Position numbers and translations under genes: made by a program. Of a DNA stretch of 57,638 nucleotides, positions 15,423 through 26,243 are shown in pieces. The DNA is from Minisyncoccota bacterium (GTDB lineage: Bacteria > Patescibacteriota > Minisyncoccia > Phycocordibacterales > CAJBRS01): NCBI GenBank assembly GCA_017881075.1, contig JADGRH010000001.1:1-57638 (forward strand). The letters run 5' to 3'. The notes beneath the pieces are model-generated. The model saw nothing but the letters and a program-made list of their open reading frames with translations. It searched no databases and was not told the DNA's origin. The stretch's first letter is position 1; every line of letters starts with the position of its first letter.

Positions 15423-16561
15423 GGTTTTATTATACGCAATAAATCCTCAATTTCCTTTTTAGCTGATCCCACTGAAATATTTTTAATTGATGGATGTGTA
15501 TCATCTCCGTAGAGATAAGCATCATCCCATCCGCCGAGGGTATAGCTATGCTCTTTATCATAAAGAGCCCGATTTTTTCGGGAGTCGCCGTAAGGAAAAA
15601 ATCTCCTTAATCCTCCACTACCGACAATAGCAATAGAGGGGACTCCTAATGCTACGGCAAGGTGAAGTGGACCGGTATCACTGCCAAAATAGAACAAAGA
15701 ATGATGTAAGAGATGAGCAAGGTCGGCAAAATCAGTCTTGCCATCATTGGTTTGGCCGCTAAGGTCAATGACCTTGCTTCGCACTTTTTGATTGACCCGA
15801 TTTAATATGTCGACTACAAGCGGCTTTTCTCTGATACTGCTGCAGATGACGGGAGTGAGACCTTGTTCAATAATAAATTCTATAATGGCGGCAAAGCGTT
15901 CGAGTGGCCATATACGATATTTATAGTTGCCAGTCTCCGGAAATATAAAGATAAATTGTTTATCTATCAGGTGATTTTTATGAATAAGTTCTAAGGCTTT
16001 TTCTTTCGGTAGCTTCTCGATCTCTATAGTAGGGAAAGTAATCTCTGCTTTTTTTCCAGTAACCTTTTCGGCAAAATATACATCTCTATCAAGCTCAGAG
16101 ATCATTTCCGGAGGGGTGATAATGTTAACACCAAATTCAATTCTTTCTTTTGCTGCCGTTATTTTTATCATCAAATCACCGATAGCTTCCCTGGAAAAGA
16201 CTGGATAGATAGCAACGTCATAACCCGTCTGTTTTAAATCAAGTAAGAATCTTCGCCGATAGAAAAAATTAGAACCGAAACGCCTGTGATCAAACCAAAT
16301 CACTTTATCCACATCTGTGAGTAGGGGAGCCAGAGTTTGGAATAATTTCGGAAAAATCAGGGTTATTTCTGCATCTTTATAAAATTCTCGATACAATTTC
16401 AACGTGGGGTAGAAGATAATACAATCTCCCAGGCCATCCTTGCGTAAAATGAGCACTCGCCGCCCCGCCTTTTCTCTCTTGGTGGGGCGGTGATGAAAAA
16501 ATGATTCAAAATAGATAGCTCCGTCTATTATTTTTCTTAAGCTATTTTTTGGATTTGTCAT
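15419..16561 (-). CDS. Glycosyltransferase family 9 (heptosyltransferase-like)
   Basis: RVLILRKDGLGDCIIFYPTL and GSDTGPLHLAVALGVPSIAIVG. Confidence 0.7.
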   Translation of the reverse strand: MTNPKNSLRKIIDGAIYFESFFHHRPTKREKAGRRVLILRKDGLGDCIIFYPTLKLYREFYKDAEITLIFPKLFQTLAPLLTDVDKVIWFDHRRFGSNFFYRRRFLLDLKQTGYDVAIYPVFSREAIGDLMIKITAAKERIEFGVNIITPPEMISELDRDVYFAEKVTGKKAEITFPTIEIEKLPKEKALELIHKNHLIDKQFIFIFPETGNYKYRIWPLERFAAIIEFIIEQGLTPVICSSIREKPLVVDILNRVNQKVRSKVIDLSGQTNDGKTDFADLAHLLHHSLFYFGSDTGPLHLAVALGVPSIAIVGSGGLRRFFPYGDSRKNRALYDKEHSYTLGGWDDAYLYGDDTHPSIKNISVGSAKKEIEDLLRIIKP

Positions 16562-17331
16562 AAACCTTGATTCAGTAATATTTTCTGGTCAGATGTGGTC
16601 CTGCTTTTTAATATCTTCCTGATCAGGAGGTCAGCCTGAATTTTAGTCAAGAAATTTATTATTTTCAGGATACCGGAAGTCAATTTCCTTTTTGAAATAA
16701 GGTGAAGGTTATTCCCGTCGGTTTCATAATTCAGATTGAACTTTCGGGCAATGAAATCTAGTGTCTTTGTGGAATAAAATGAAATGTGTTGACCATGATT
16801 GAGACCGTAATATTCCCAACTTTCGTCAGGTACGATTCCCGCTGGTCTTAGACGAGTAGAGAAAAACAAATTCTCGCCATACAAAAGCATCTTCTCCATT
16901 TCTTTTATAGGCTCACTAAAATGCTCAAATCCCTCAAAGCAAGTTACAGCTTTAACCTTTTCTCCTTTGTGCTCAAATCCCTGAGCGAAGAGATTCTGTG
17001 TATGCGGATCGTGCCAGAAAAAATTCAGACCGTAGTCGCGCATAATTCTTACCAACATCCCATAGCCGGCCGCATAATCTAAAAAGTGGTCGTCTTTTTT
17101 AAATAAAATATAGAATAGCAGGAGAGTTTTTCTAGAGAGATACATATTTCTCATGACGTAGCCCGTATCCGTAGTATTGATGGGGGATTGGTAGGCTTCC
17201 TCAAGCCAGCTAGGATTTTCCACGAACATGAAATCGCAATTAGCACACAGATAATATTCGGCGGTATAGGCATTTCGTACCGTGGCCTTTTTGACCAATT
17301 TCGCCCGTCCGAGGCATATTTTACAGTCCAT
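16558..17331 (-). CDS. Class I SAM-dependent methyltransferase with an N-terminal Cys4 zinc ribbon
   Basis: CKIC...CANC followed by a Rossmann-like DYAAGYG region. Confidence 0.6.
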   Translation of the reverse strand: MDCKICLGRAKLVKKATVRNAYTAEYYLCANCDFMFVENPSWLEEAYQSPINTTDTGYVMRNMYLSRKTLLLFYILFKKDDHFLDYAAGYGMLVRIMRDYGLNFFWHDPHTQNLFAQGFEHKGEKVKAVTCFEGFEHFSEPIKEMEKMLLYGENLFFSTRLRPAGIVPDESWEYYGLNHGQHISFYSTKTLDFIARKFNLNYETDGNNLHLISKRKLTSGILKIINFLTKIQADLLIRKILKSRTTSDQKILLNQGL

Positions 17332-17345
17332 CCGCTAAATATACC

Positions 17346-18203
17346 CTAATTTATGAGGCTTATAAAGGCGCTCCAGAGGCGTTGCCAAGGAGATTTTATA
17401 TACAAAGTCTCGGTTAATTGTGTATCCGCTTCCTTGTCCGTTTCTATCAGAAGAGGATCTTTAATTTGATCTAGCTTTGAAGTGGGTCGATGAAGCTTTT
17501 TATCATCTAAATTTTCAACTAAATTAACATTAGGAGTAATGGCTAAACCATCTGACTTCATCAGAGCAAAGGCCCACTGAGTATCCCAGGTATCAACATT
17601 TTTATTTTTAATATGTCGGAACAGGGAAATCCAAAATTTTGAAGCTCTTTTATCGCTGAAAAAATCATCTATCTTTTTTGAAGAAATGAATGAATCCAGA
17701 TCTCTCATTTCAAGATCGTATGTTTGCCAGGCTCGTCGCCAACTGGCCCAGCCCCAAATATGAACACAATGAGAGAAATGATAACTGTCCGAACCGCGCT
17801 CTTCCCCAGATTGGAAGTTTGTTCCACCGACGTGCATAATTTTTGAATTGTTTCGGTACTTTTCCAACATTAAATCGGCAAAAGAGAAGAAACTTTGATT
17901 GGGGAGACAATCATCTTCTAGAATTATTCCTTCTTCCACCTGCTCAAAAAACCATGAGATGCCACCTGAAACAGCAATTTTACAACCAAGATTCTTTTCT
18001 CTAAAAAGAGTCTTTACTTCACATGGCCAATCGATTCGCTCAACGATTTTTCGTGCCTCCAGACACTTTTCCGCGTCGCCTTTTTTGTCCGGTTTTGGGC
18101 CGTCTGCGGCGATAAAAAGTTTTTGAGGTTTGGCCTCGCGGATCTTTTCAAAGACCTTGAATGTGTAGGCGGGACGATTGTAAATGAGGAATAGAATATT
18201 CAT
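17346..18203 (-). CDS. GT-A fold nucleotide-diphospho-sugar transferase (GNT-I/HlpA-like)
   Basis: NILFLIYNRPAYTFKVFEKIREAKPQKLFIAADGP and EDDC. The start is placed at the internal Met (MNILF), which removes the overlap with the upstream gene. The track ORF extends to 18281. Confidence 0.55.
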   Translation of the reverse strand: MNILFLIYNRPAYTFKVFEKIREAKPQKLFIAADGPKPDKKGDAEKCLEARKIVERIDWPCEVKTLFREKNLGCKIAVSGGISWFFEQVEEGIILEDDCLPNQSFFSFADLMLEKYRNNSKIMHVGGTNFQSGEERGSDSYHFSHCVHIWGWASWRRAWQTYDLEMRDLDSFISSKKIDDFFSDKRASKFWISLFRHIKNKNVDTWDTQWAFALMKSDGLAITPNVNLVENLDDKKLHRPTSKLDQIKDPLLIETDKEADTQLTETLYIKSPWQRLWSAFISLIN

Positions 18204-18216
18204 TTCTAGTACCTCA

Positions 18217-18987
18217 TTATTTTGTGAACCAAAAACAGCCACATCCCCAAGATTGTTGGTCACTGGTTTCTTTATTGGCATTTTTAATTAAGCCGAATTT
18301 CTTAAAATCATCTGGAACCAAAGAGAATTCCTTTAATTGTAAGTCAGAAAATAAATGCATGACCTGATCATAAGAGTAAACTCTATGAGCGTTGAATTCT
18401 ATTCGGGGCTGTCCCGTAAGGGGAGTTACAAAAAGTAGTGTACCCCCAGGCCTCAAGACTCTCTTTAGCTCATTAATTGCCTTTATGTCACCGTCTGCGT
18501 CAACTGGATCGCCGTATCGTCCAAGGCCTATGTGTTCCACAGTATGCATACAGGATAAAGATTCGACGCTGTTGTTTTCAAACGGCAACTTCATGAGATC
18601 ACCCTCTTTGCATAATAAGTTATCAAGTTTCACTTCGGCTGGACGGAAATCATAGAATTCGACTGGCACAAAAGCGGAGACAAGGGTACTGAAGTGGAGA
18701 ATGGAAGAAACGTCGATATGTTTGGCAGGTTTAATTTTAGCGATAACTCTCGCGGCCCAAGCAGGATGGTAGGTGTAGTGCGGATCAAAGTTGGTTTTTT
18801 TAGTATTGTCGAATAGGCAGGGGAAGAAATTTCGGGGCGAAAGCTTGAATCGGTTATCTATCCTTGATTGCTTTTTAAAGACAAAATAATCCTTTAAAAA
18901 TGAGGGGTAATTTTTGAGCCATAATGCTAAGAAATAAAATGATCGAAACCAGAAAGATCGACTAAGTAGTATTTTAATTTTTTTCAT
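18217..18987 (-). CDS. SAM-dependent methyltransferase (Methyltransf_11-like)
   Basis: LSCMHTVEHIGLGRYGD...LRPGGTLLFVTP. Confidence 0.6.
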   Translation of the reverse strand: MKKIKILLSRSFWFRSFYFLALWLKNYPSFLKDYFVFKKQSRIDNRFKLSPRNFFPCLFDNTKKTNFDPHYTYHPAWAARVIAKIKPAKHIDVSSILHFSTLVSAFVPVEFYDFRPAEVKLDNLLCKEGDLMKLPFENNSVESLSCMHTVEHIGLGRYGDPVDADGDIKAINELKRVLRPGGTLLFVTPLTGQPRIEFNAHRVYSYDQVMHLFSDLQLKEFSLVPDDFKKFGLIKNANKETSDQQSWGCGCFWFTK

Positions 18988-19001
18988 GACTTATAATTTT
19001 A

Positions 19002-19871
19002 TCACATGCGTATCCATTCGACGGGCAAGATATCATCGACGGACAAGTTCTGACCCGGTATCCATACTGATGGCCCAATCACTATTTTACCTGGCTTATT
19101 ATCGAGCCATGATCCCCACCAGCCAAAAGTAGAGTTTGCAATTATATGCAAGTCACAGAGACTCATCAAGGCAAGTCGTTCATAGTCAGGTGACTCTGTT
19201 TCAGATATGTAGGTGGTGTCATGAGGTATTATAATGTTTTTTCTGACCCATTCAACATCATCAGAAAAGACAAAAACAGATAAAGTGTCCCTTTCTTTTG
19301 CAAGAAATGTTAGGGCTCTGTTGTAGTAGTTTTGATCGCAGTAAGAGCCGTAGATATGCAGATTTTGTTCACTCTCTACAAAATCGCCTCGGCGGACATG
19401 GAGAGACACAGAATTTTTACTTCCCTGTATGTTATCAGCTATGAGTTGAGATACTTTGGTAAACGACTCTCTGAGACTGAATTCCTTAAGGAGAACATTT
19501 CTAATATCTTTGAAATATTTTTCACTTTGCCAAAATCCTGCGAGGTATATAGGACCGGTTTTTTTCAGTATGTAAGGTTCAAATCCTACATGATCATGAT
19601 TCAGAATCATTCTTTCTAAACGGTTCCGTATCTTTGATACGAAATTACCATAAGGGTATTTTAATGCTCTAATCTGTTCCGGAGTGGCAAAATCATTGGT
19701 AATTTTAAAATGTTTAAGACTAAAATGACGATAATGCTTGTCTGATTTATTGACGTCGAAGACACTTATGTCTAAAAGGAGTAGATCGTTATTTTTTATT
19801 GCCATCTTTCTGCCGAGGGCATATTGGAACATTTGATTGCCAAGCCCGCCACCCAAACTAGTGATTACCAT
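19002..19871 (-). CDS. Alpha-1,2-fucosyltransferase-like glycosyltransferase (GT11), second copy
   Basis: GGGLGNQMFQYALGRKMA, SLHVRRGDF, NSTFGWWGSWL. The start is placed at Met13 (MVITS), which is preceded on the minus strand by TGcTATAAT, 6 nt, then ATG. The track ORF extends to 19907. Confidence 0.8.
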   Translation of the reverse strand: MVITSLGGGLGNQMFQYALGRKMAIKNNDLLLLDISVFDVNKSDKHYRHFSLKHFKITNDFATPEQIRALKYPYGNFVSKIRNRLERMILNHDHVGFEPYILKKTGPIYLAGFWQSEKYFKDIRNVLLKEFSLRESFTKVSQLIADNIQGSKNSVSLHVRRGDFVESEQNLHIYGSYCDQNYYNRALTFLAKERDTLSVFVFSDDVEWVRKNIIIPHDTTYISETESPDYERLALMSLCDLHIIANSTFGWWGSWLDNKPGKIVIGPSVWIPGQNLSVDDILPVEWIRM

Positions 19872-19877
19872 TTTTTT

Positions 19878-19886
19878 ATTATAGCA
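19878..19886 (-). promoter_or_regulatory. Extended -10 box TGcTATAAT, 6 nt upstream of the ATG at 19871 (minus strand)
   Basis: The reverse complement of 19872-19886 reads TGCTATAATAAAAAA, followed by ATG. Confidence 0.4.
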
Positions 19887-19948
19887 AATAGGCCATTTTT
19901 TTAACACTTGCCTTGGACTTCCAACATTGTTTGTATTAGTATTTAAAA

Positions 19949-20881
19949 ATGAAGAAAGTAATAGTGACTACGACGATAAATGAGCCGACAGAGGCTACGT
20001 TGAAATATTGTCAGAAAGAAGAATGGATATTTATTATTGTGGGGGACACTAAGACGCCTCATGTATCGTATAGAAAGTTAGAAGATAAATATAAAAATGT
20101 TATTTATATTGACCCTGAAGAGCAGGAAAAGGATTACAAACAACTCTCCGATCTTATTGGATGGAAATCTATTCAGCGTAGAAATATTGGTTTTGTTAAG
20201 GCTTATAATTTAGGAGCAGATGTTATTGCTACAGTAGATGATGATAATATTCCCTATGATACATGGGGAGAAGATCTGCTCATTGGTAAGAAAGTATCAG
20301 TAGATCTTTATGAGTCCGAAAATGGAGTCTTTGACCCTTTATCTGTTACCAAGAGTAATCATCTGTGGCATCGCGGTTATCCCATAGAGCTTCTCCAGAC
20401 ACGTCATAAGGTCCAAAATATAGGAAAGAAAGAAATAAAAGTCCTTATACAAGCCGATTTATGGGATGGTGATCCAGATATAGATGCAATTGCTCGACTG
20501 ACATTCAGACCAGAAGTTAAATTTTCAGAAATCACCAGTCCATATGCTTCAGGGGCTATGTCGCCATTCAACTCTCAAAACACTTTCCTTGCTAGAGAGG
20601 TTATTCCTTTTTATGCGGTTCTACCTCATATTGGACGTATGGATGATATATGGGGAGGATACATCGTTCAAAAATATTTTCCAGATTCATTGGTATATAA
20701 TAAAGCCTCTGTTTATCAAGATCGAAATGCTCAAGATCTCATCACCAATCTTGAGAAAGAGATAATAGGGTATAGAAACAACCTTAAGCTGATAAACGAT
20801 ATAGATAACTATAAAAACTATCTCCCCGAGGCAACACGTCTCTTTTATGAAGTCTACAGAAAACAATTCTCAAAGGAATAG
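19949..20881 (+). CDS. Putative GT-A glycosyltransferase (STELLO/DUF288- or RGP-like)
   Basis: IVTTTINEPTEA N-terminus and a VDDDN (DxD) motif. Confidence 0.4.
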   Translation: MKKVIVTTTINEPTEATLKYCQKEEWIFIIVGDTKTPHVSYRKLEDKYKNVIYIDPEEQEKDYKQLSDLIGWKSIQRRNIGFVKAYNLGADVIATVDDDNIPYDTWGEDLLIGKKVSVDLYESENGVFDPLSVTKSNHLWHRGYPIELLQTRHKVQNIGKKEIKVLIQADLWDGDPDIDAIARLTFRPEVKFSEITSPYASGAMSPFNSQNTFLAREVIPFYAVLPHIGRMDDIWGGYIVQKYFPDSLVYNKASVYQDRNAQDLITNLEKEIIGYRNNLKLINDIDNYKNYLPEATRLFYEVYRKQFSKE

Positions 20882-21773
20882 GCGAAAAATTATCATTTGT
20901 ACGACTTTTCGTGAATTCAATGGCAATTCAAATGATTGGATACAGAGAGTGTTTCTTGGTACTTTAAAGAAACAAACCTATCAAAACTACATTCTTGTTG
21001 CTACAACATTTGGAGAGGAGAATGTGGAAAAAGTATTGGCAGAAGAGAATATTCCGCATATCACTGTTGCTGGAGAAGCTGACCAATACAGATTTTCCTC
21101 CACTCAAGTATTAGAAAACGGCATTAATATTATAGATAAACCGGAGTCCTATATCATTATCTGGACTACCTGCGATGACCTTTTTGATGAGACCTTTTTT
21201 GAGAAACTAGTCTCGGAACTTCTTCCACTTTCAGCATATACCTCACTACCACACATTGTCTATAAAAATGTTGAGGATTATAAAATGGGGAAAGTGGGTT
21301 CATATTGTTATGGTGGGATAGATACTGTTTGTTTTGATGCCGATATCTTTCTTATTCCCGAAGTAAGAGAAGTTATTCATAAATACCAAAATAAAGGCTG
21401 GGGTTTCTTTGAGTATTTTTTAAGTGGTGTTGGTAAGGTTTTTTGCAAAGAGATGATAAATCTATGGCCTACAAAGATTGCCAGAATTGATAATGATCGG
21501 TCTGCAAATAATGAGACAAGGGCATATTTTGACCTAACTTCTTCTCATAACGCAAAAACATATGGAGAATTCAAACATAAGTATTCAATAAAAGGGGATG
21601 TATATAGTTCTATCTTCTATTATAAAACACCAATGAAATATGCAGGAATTAAACTGCGCACATTTCTTAGAATTACTGAGTATCGTCTAAAGAACAAATT
21701 TGCCAAGAAAATCATCCGTTTTTTACCCAGAAGCCTAAAAGATCTACTTAAGAAAATTTTTGTCTTAAATTAA
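20847..21773 (+). CDS. Hypothetical protein, possibly glycosyltransferase-like
   Basis: ORF in the glycan locus. The IIICTTFREF...YILVATT pattern is weak evidence. Confidence 0.35.
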   Translation: MKSTENNSQRNRRKIIICTTFREFNGNSNDWIQRVFLGTLKKQTYQNYILVATTFGEENVEKVLAEENIPHITVAGEADQYRFSSTQVLENGINIIDKPESYIIIWTTCDDLFDETFFEKLVSELLPLSAYTSLPHIVYKNVEDYKMGKVGSYCYGGIDTVCFDADIFLIPEVREVIHKYQNKGWGFFEYFLSGVGKVFCKEMINLWPTKIARIDNDRSANNETRAYFDLTSSHNAKTYGEFKHKYSIKGDVYSSIFYYKTPMKYAGIKLRTFLRITEYRLKNKFAKKIIRFLPRSLKDLLKKIFVLN

Positions 21774-22911
21774 ACACCGCTGAGATAATTCTATTTAGAA
21801 AAGGATTTCTATAGTATTTTTTATAGAGAATCTCTGGTTTTGTTAGCATGCCTTCAATAAGTAATGAGACCTCTTTTTCGATCAGGCATTTTTCTGTACC
21901 GGACAATCCTTTTGCTACGCGTAACATATTGTAATATATAGTTTTTCCGGAAAGTCCGTTTTTAAGACAGACCCTTAAATAATCAAGAGATTTATCATAG
22001 TTTTGGTTCTTATAAGTTTCTATCGCTTGGATGAAAATCTGCATTGACTCGTCTATTTCTTCACTCTTCTTCCTGAAAAGTAGATTTTTCTTATGTAGTA
22101 TTTTTAGGGCGACAAAAAGATTGTCGTTTAGTGTGGTTTTTTTAAATATATCAAAAATAGTGATAGTTTTGAGAGCGGTATTACTGAAAAGGTCTAAAAT
22201 ATCCTCAATACATAGATAATAATTAAGCGAGAAGTTACCCGCATTGTATTCCCGTTCAAAGTAAGACTGGTTTTTCCCCACCTGCCGGTGATAGAAAATA
22301 CTCCCGGGACATATATAGACAATATTGCCCGCGGACAAGTAACGTATTTCAAATCCCTGTGTATCAAAGCCGTGATGCTCGGGATACCCTTGGGTTTTTA
22401 GGAAAGATTTCTTTGTAAAGAGGAAATTATCAAGCAAAATATTTGGATCAGTAAAAAGGTCTGAAATATTAATAGATCGATCTAGAACAGTATTAAATAG
22501 GGAGGTATATCTGTTTGGATTATTTCCATTAAAGAATCTTCTTTCGTGAAAAGCAACACCGTCTGCTGATTTTTTTATAAGATGACTTACCATTTGATGA
22601 AGTGAATTTGGCGTAAAATAATTATCACTATCAAGACAACAAATAAACTCTCCATCAGCGGCATTTATTCCAATATTGCGAGTGGCTCCTCCACCCTTAT
22701 TTTCTTTATTAAAAAAGACCTTTATTTCCTTGTGTTTTTTTGCCAGAGTTTCCATGAGGCGTGGAGTCTCATCAGTAGATCCATCGTCAATCATTATAAT
22801 CTCAAAATGATCTAACCCTTGAGAGAAACATGAATTCACAGCCTCTTCCAGTGTTTGAGAAGAGTTATAGCAAGGTATAACGATTGATACTTTATAAGAG
22901 TTCGTACTCAT
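21748..22911 (-). CDS. Glycosyltransferase family 2 with a helical (TPR-like) C-terminal extension
   Basis: VSIVIPCYNSSQTLEEAVNSCFSQGLDHFEIIMIDDGSTDET and DSDN. Confidence 0.8.
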   Translation of the reverse strand: MSTNSYKVSIVIPCYNSSQTLEEAVNSCFSQGLDHFEIIMIDDGSTDETPRLMETLAKKHKEIKVFFNKENKGGGATRNIGINAADGEFICCLDSDNYFTPNSLHQMVSHLIKKSADGVAFHERRFFNGNNPNRYTSLFNTVLDRSINISDLFTDPNILLDNFLFTKKSFLKTQGYPEHHGFDTQGFEIRYLSAGNIVYICPGSIFYHRQVGKNQSYFEREYNAGNFSLNYYLCIEDILDLFSNTALKTITIFDIFKKTTLNDNLFVALKILHKKNLLFRKKSEEIDESMQIFIQAIETYKNQNYDKSLDYLRVCLKNGLSGKTIYYNMLRVAKGLSGTEKCLIEKEVSLLIEGMLTKPEILYKKYYRNPFLNRIISAVFNLRQKFS

Positions 22912-22912
22912 T

Positions 22913-23806
22913 TTAGTTTGTGTTGCGGATTTTATCTATCCAATAATCCATAAAAAGAGGCGGTCGATTAACATTATGCATTATTTCTCTGAATTTTGTC
23001 TCAAGTATCTTCTCATCTACTGATTCTAACTCTTTCCAATCATGCACTACCCATAATGGCATACCCAGACTCTCAAAATAATCTATGGTAATGGAACTTT
23101 TCACAATGGGCACAATACCAATATACAGAGCCTCCCAGGTACGGTGTCCTTCTACACTCGATCCTGGAGGCGAGACTACAAATTTATATGTTGCAAGTAA
23201 ATTTAGATATGAATTAAAGTTCACCCACTTTTTTACTGTTTCAGCCAGAGGGTGTTTTACCAAGACATCAAATGCCGACTGCCTTTCAAGTATATTTGTC
23301 CATGTCGTAAAACCATAGAAGATTTTATTTTGTTTTGGATAATTTTTTTTTGCTACTCGAGTGAATATCCATGGAATGCCCGTGACATAGAAGTGTTTGT
23401 TGGCTATTCCAAGAGGTAAAGGAGTGACTTTGGGATGTTTCACCCCAACATTGATGCCGTACCATTTAATGATTTTTTCATCTACATATTTAAGTACTTC
23501 TTCATTTATAAATTCGTCCCCGTTATGTGTGATTAGGATATACCTCTCTTTTATCTTTGGATGAATGTCGCGCAGAAAGTTTTTAATATTTTCATCTCCG
23601 ACGAACACAACATCTCTTTCTTTTACTCTATGAGGCTGAATAACCATATGGGCTTTGTCGTAAATATGGTCTGCAATATTTCTGAATCCATCACCGGTTA
23701 TATATGGATAACTGGAAGGACGAGGATTTGAGGAATATTGTATTAGAATCCTCCCGATAATTCGGTATATCCTGAAAAGGGTTTCATAAATACTGTCGAT
23801 GATCAT
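22913..23806 (-). CDS. Exostosin-like (GT47-like) glycosyltransferase, putative
   Basis: FVVSPPGSSVEGHRTWEALYIGIVPIV resembles the exostosin C-terminal motif. Confidence 0.4.
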   Translation of the reverse strand: MIIDSIYETLFRIYRIIGRILIQYSSNPRPSSYPYITGDGFRNIADHIYDKAHMVIQPHRVKERDVVFVGDENIKNFLRDIHPKIKERYILITHNGDEFINEEVLKYVDEKIIKWYGINVGVKHPKVTPLPLGIANKHFYVTGIPWIFTRVAKKNYPKQNKIFYGFTTWTNILERQSAFDVLVKHPLAETVKKWVNFNSYLNLLATYKFVVSPPGSSVEGHRTWEALYIGIVPIVKSSITIDYFESLGMPLWVVHDWKELESVDEKILETKFREIMHNVNRPPLFMDYWIDKIRNTN

Positions 23807-24750
23807 ACGGTTTCCTTATAATAGAAGGACATTTCACTAGCGATAAATTTTTTAGCAAGGTCCCCATCTTCTTCGTGGAAAATAGCAACGTCATAATAAG
23901 CGAAAGGCGTCCGTGTTTTTTTGTCTATGCGGTTATGCATCTGTTTGAGCAGGAGCTCATTCTCTAAGCTCGAAGATATGATTAACTTCCCGAGATTATC
24001 ATAGAAAATAATATCCCGATAGCCAGAATCTCTTAGTAAAAGTAGTGTTGACAAACCATCCTCCTTATTTTCATCAAGGAATACGGGATCATATTCAAAA
24101 AATAACACAGGCTTGGTGTTTTGAATATACATCATAGCCCCCCGGAGTATCTTCATATCGTAGCCGTCAGTATCAATCTTTAATAGCTTGGCACGGCTCC
24201 ATTGATGATTTTCTTTTAGGAAGTCATCGAGGGTAATTATGCGCACCAATGAAGACACTTCTGGAGATCCGGCCGCCTTTAGTCTGGCCGTTTCAGCATC
24301 TTTTCCTAGAGTAGCATTAAGATATCCACCCTCCTCTCCCAGAAGAGCTTTGAATATCTCAACATCTTTGAAATCACTCATGTTTCTTTTCAGTATGTCA
24401 AAAAAATCCTGATCTCCTTCTATGCAAGCAATAGGGAAATGACACTTACTTCTTGTAAGCGCTACAGTGTCTCCAATGTTGGCGCCGACATCTATCATCG
24501 AGACATCCTTGTATTTTTTAAGCACCTCCACAGCCAATCGGGGGAGGTTCATTGAATAGAGTGGCTGGTATTTAAAATAGATTGGTAACTGATTATCGTC
24601 TTTCATCAGTAGGGTAAATTTTCCTACCCTTGATCTCATCAACACACCTGAGCTCTCTCTCTTTTTGGGTATCTTTGAAATGATGAAGCCACATTTTCTG
24701 AAAGCCCACTTTACGAAATCATTTATTTTTTTCTCTATCTTATTTTTCAT
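23803..24750 (-). CDS. FkbM-family methyltransferase
   Basis: MIDVGANIGDTVAL and LLKIDTDGYD. Confidence 0.65.
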   Translation of the reverse strand: MKNKIEKKINDFVKWAFRKCGFIISKIPKKRESSGVLMRSRVGKFTLLMKDDNQLPIYFKYQPLYSMNLPRLAVEVLKKYKDVSMIDVGANIGDTVALTRSKCHFPIACIEGDQDFFDILKRNMSDFKDVEIFKALLGEEGGYLNATLGKDAETARLKAAGSPEVSSLVRIITLDDFLKENHQWSRAKLLKIDTDGYDMKILRGAMMYIQNTKPVLFFEYDPVFLDENKEDGLSTLLLLRDSGYRDIIFYDNLGKLIISSSLENELLLKQMHNRIDKKTRTPFAYYDVAIFHEEDGDLAKKFIASEMSFYYKETV

Positions 24751-24815
24751 AAAGAATTTTATAGAAGTTCAATGCCAGCTTTAATTCGTTAATATCTATA
24801 GGCCATAAAGATGAT

Positions 24816-26243
24816 CTAGTTCTTTACATCAGGTTCAATAATTAGAAGGTCGCTACTTTGAGATGTTTTGTATTCAGGCGCTATGGAGGAAATGATGGTT
24901 TTGAGTTCTGATAGAGTTGGATAATCATTTGTTCCATTAAACTCTCGCATATCATCGATAACGATAACATGTTTTTTTATTTTATGCCAAAAGATTGACT
25001 GTAGTTCCTGCACGATAGGAGTATCACTAACTCCTCGAGCTGTTCCATCACCAGAATAATGAGCATCAAGCCAGAAAAGAGCAGGTTCTTTTAGATCTTT
25101 TAAAATTTGTTTTAAAACTATACCGCTGTCTCCCTCAAAACATTTAATGTTGTCGTATTGTCGAGTCTCGGCTTTTCCACGGTGGTAAAGTGTTGGATCA
25201 AGCTCGATTGTGTAGAGGTTTTTAAAGATTTTTTGAAGGGCTAGCACGGTGCCGCCACCGGCTGTTCCAGTCTCTATGAATGTATCAAGGTTATACAACC
25301 GTTTGTATTTTTTAAAAATTTTTCGTTTGTATAACATATGTGCCATCAAAGGATTTTTTTTCATCTTCCACACGGTGTAGCTTTTTAAATTTCTGAATCT
25401 TTCTATATTCTTCACGCCGATTATTCTCTTTAAAATTGGTTTTATTGCATCTTTTGTATAGTTCCACCTAATTCGGATTGGTGAATGTTTTAAAAAAAAG
25501 AGGCTGCCATTTTCAATCAATTCTTTTTCAAGAGGCAATCCCATACCAAAGGCAGGACTTTGAGAAAAAGCATAGGCTCCTTTGTATCCAGTAATTAGGT
25601 AAGTTAAAGTTGTTGTATCTGCTAGACCCTCAAATGTGGTATCAACATCTGTAAAAAGGTCTTTGAATTTTTTATCTACAAAGAAGCAATTGTTTTTAGT
25701 CATGGCCACAATCATGTAACCTTTTTTATCTGCCAGCTCAACCAGAGCTTTTGCAGAGGATCCAAAGAAGGCGTCTTCTCTTGATACAATATTCAATTCT
25801 GGTGGAATTGTGTGGTTGTACTCAATGACTATTATAGGAGGGTGAAGGGAAGTGAGACCTTTAAGAATATGATACTCATTACCATCAATATCTATACATA
25901 TGAATTTTATATCTTCGAAATTTATATTCTGGTCAATTAGAATATTTTCAAGTGACTGATTTCCGGCCGGAGTGACAAATTTATTTAAGGGAATGCAATC
26001 ATAATCAGCGACAACCTTTTTTAAAGTTTCAAATTTTTGGCTGTCAGATTCAATGAGGACCCCCTTCCAACCATTTGTCCATAATATGGCAGCATTAGAA
26101 AGTGCAACGCCGTCCCAGGCACCAAACTCTACACATATTCCTGAAGATACATTTAATCTTTTTAGTATTTCTCGGGTTATACCATCTTCACCATATTGAG
26201 AAAATATATTTTCTTTGCAGTCATTTAGTGTTTTAGTTTTCAT
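24816..26243 (-). CDS. Two-domain methyltransferase fusion (FkbM-like N-terminal domain plus class I SAM MTase C-terminal domain)
   Basis: SQYGEDGI...VEFGAWDGVALSN and ICIDIDGNE in the N-terminal half. IETGTAGGGTVLAL..YTIELD in the C-terminal half. Confidence 0.5.
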   Translation of the reverse strand: MKTKTLNDCKENIFSQYGEDGITREILKRLNVSSGICVEFGAWDGVALSNAAILWTNGWKGVLIESDSQKFETLKKVVADYDCIPLNKFVTPAGNQSLENILIDQNINFEDIKFICIDIDGNEYHILKGLTSLHPPIIVIEYNHTIPPELNIVSREDAFFGSSAKALVELADKKGYMIVAMTKNNCFFVDKKFKDLFTDVDTTFEGLADTTTLTYLITGYKGAYAFSQSPAFGMGLPLEKELIENGSLFFLKHSPIRIRWNYTKDAIKPILKRIIGVKNIERFRNLKSYTVWKMKKNPLMAHMLYKRKIFKKYKRLYNLDTFIETGTAGGGTVLALQKIFKNLYTIELDPTLYHRGKAETRQYDNIKCFEGDSGIVLKQILKDLKEPALFWLDAHYSGDGTARGVSDTPIVQELQSIFWHKIKKHVIVIDDMREFNGTNDYPTLSELKTIISSIAPEYKTSQSSDLLIIEPDVKN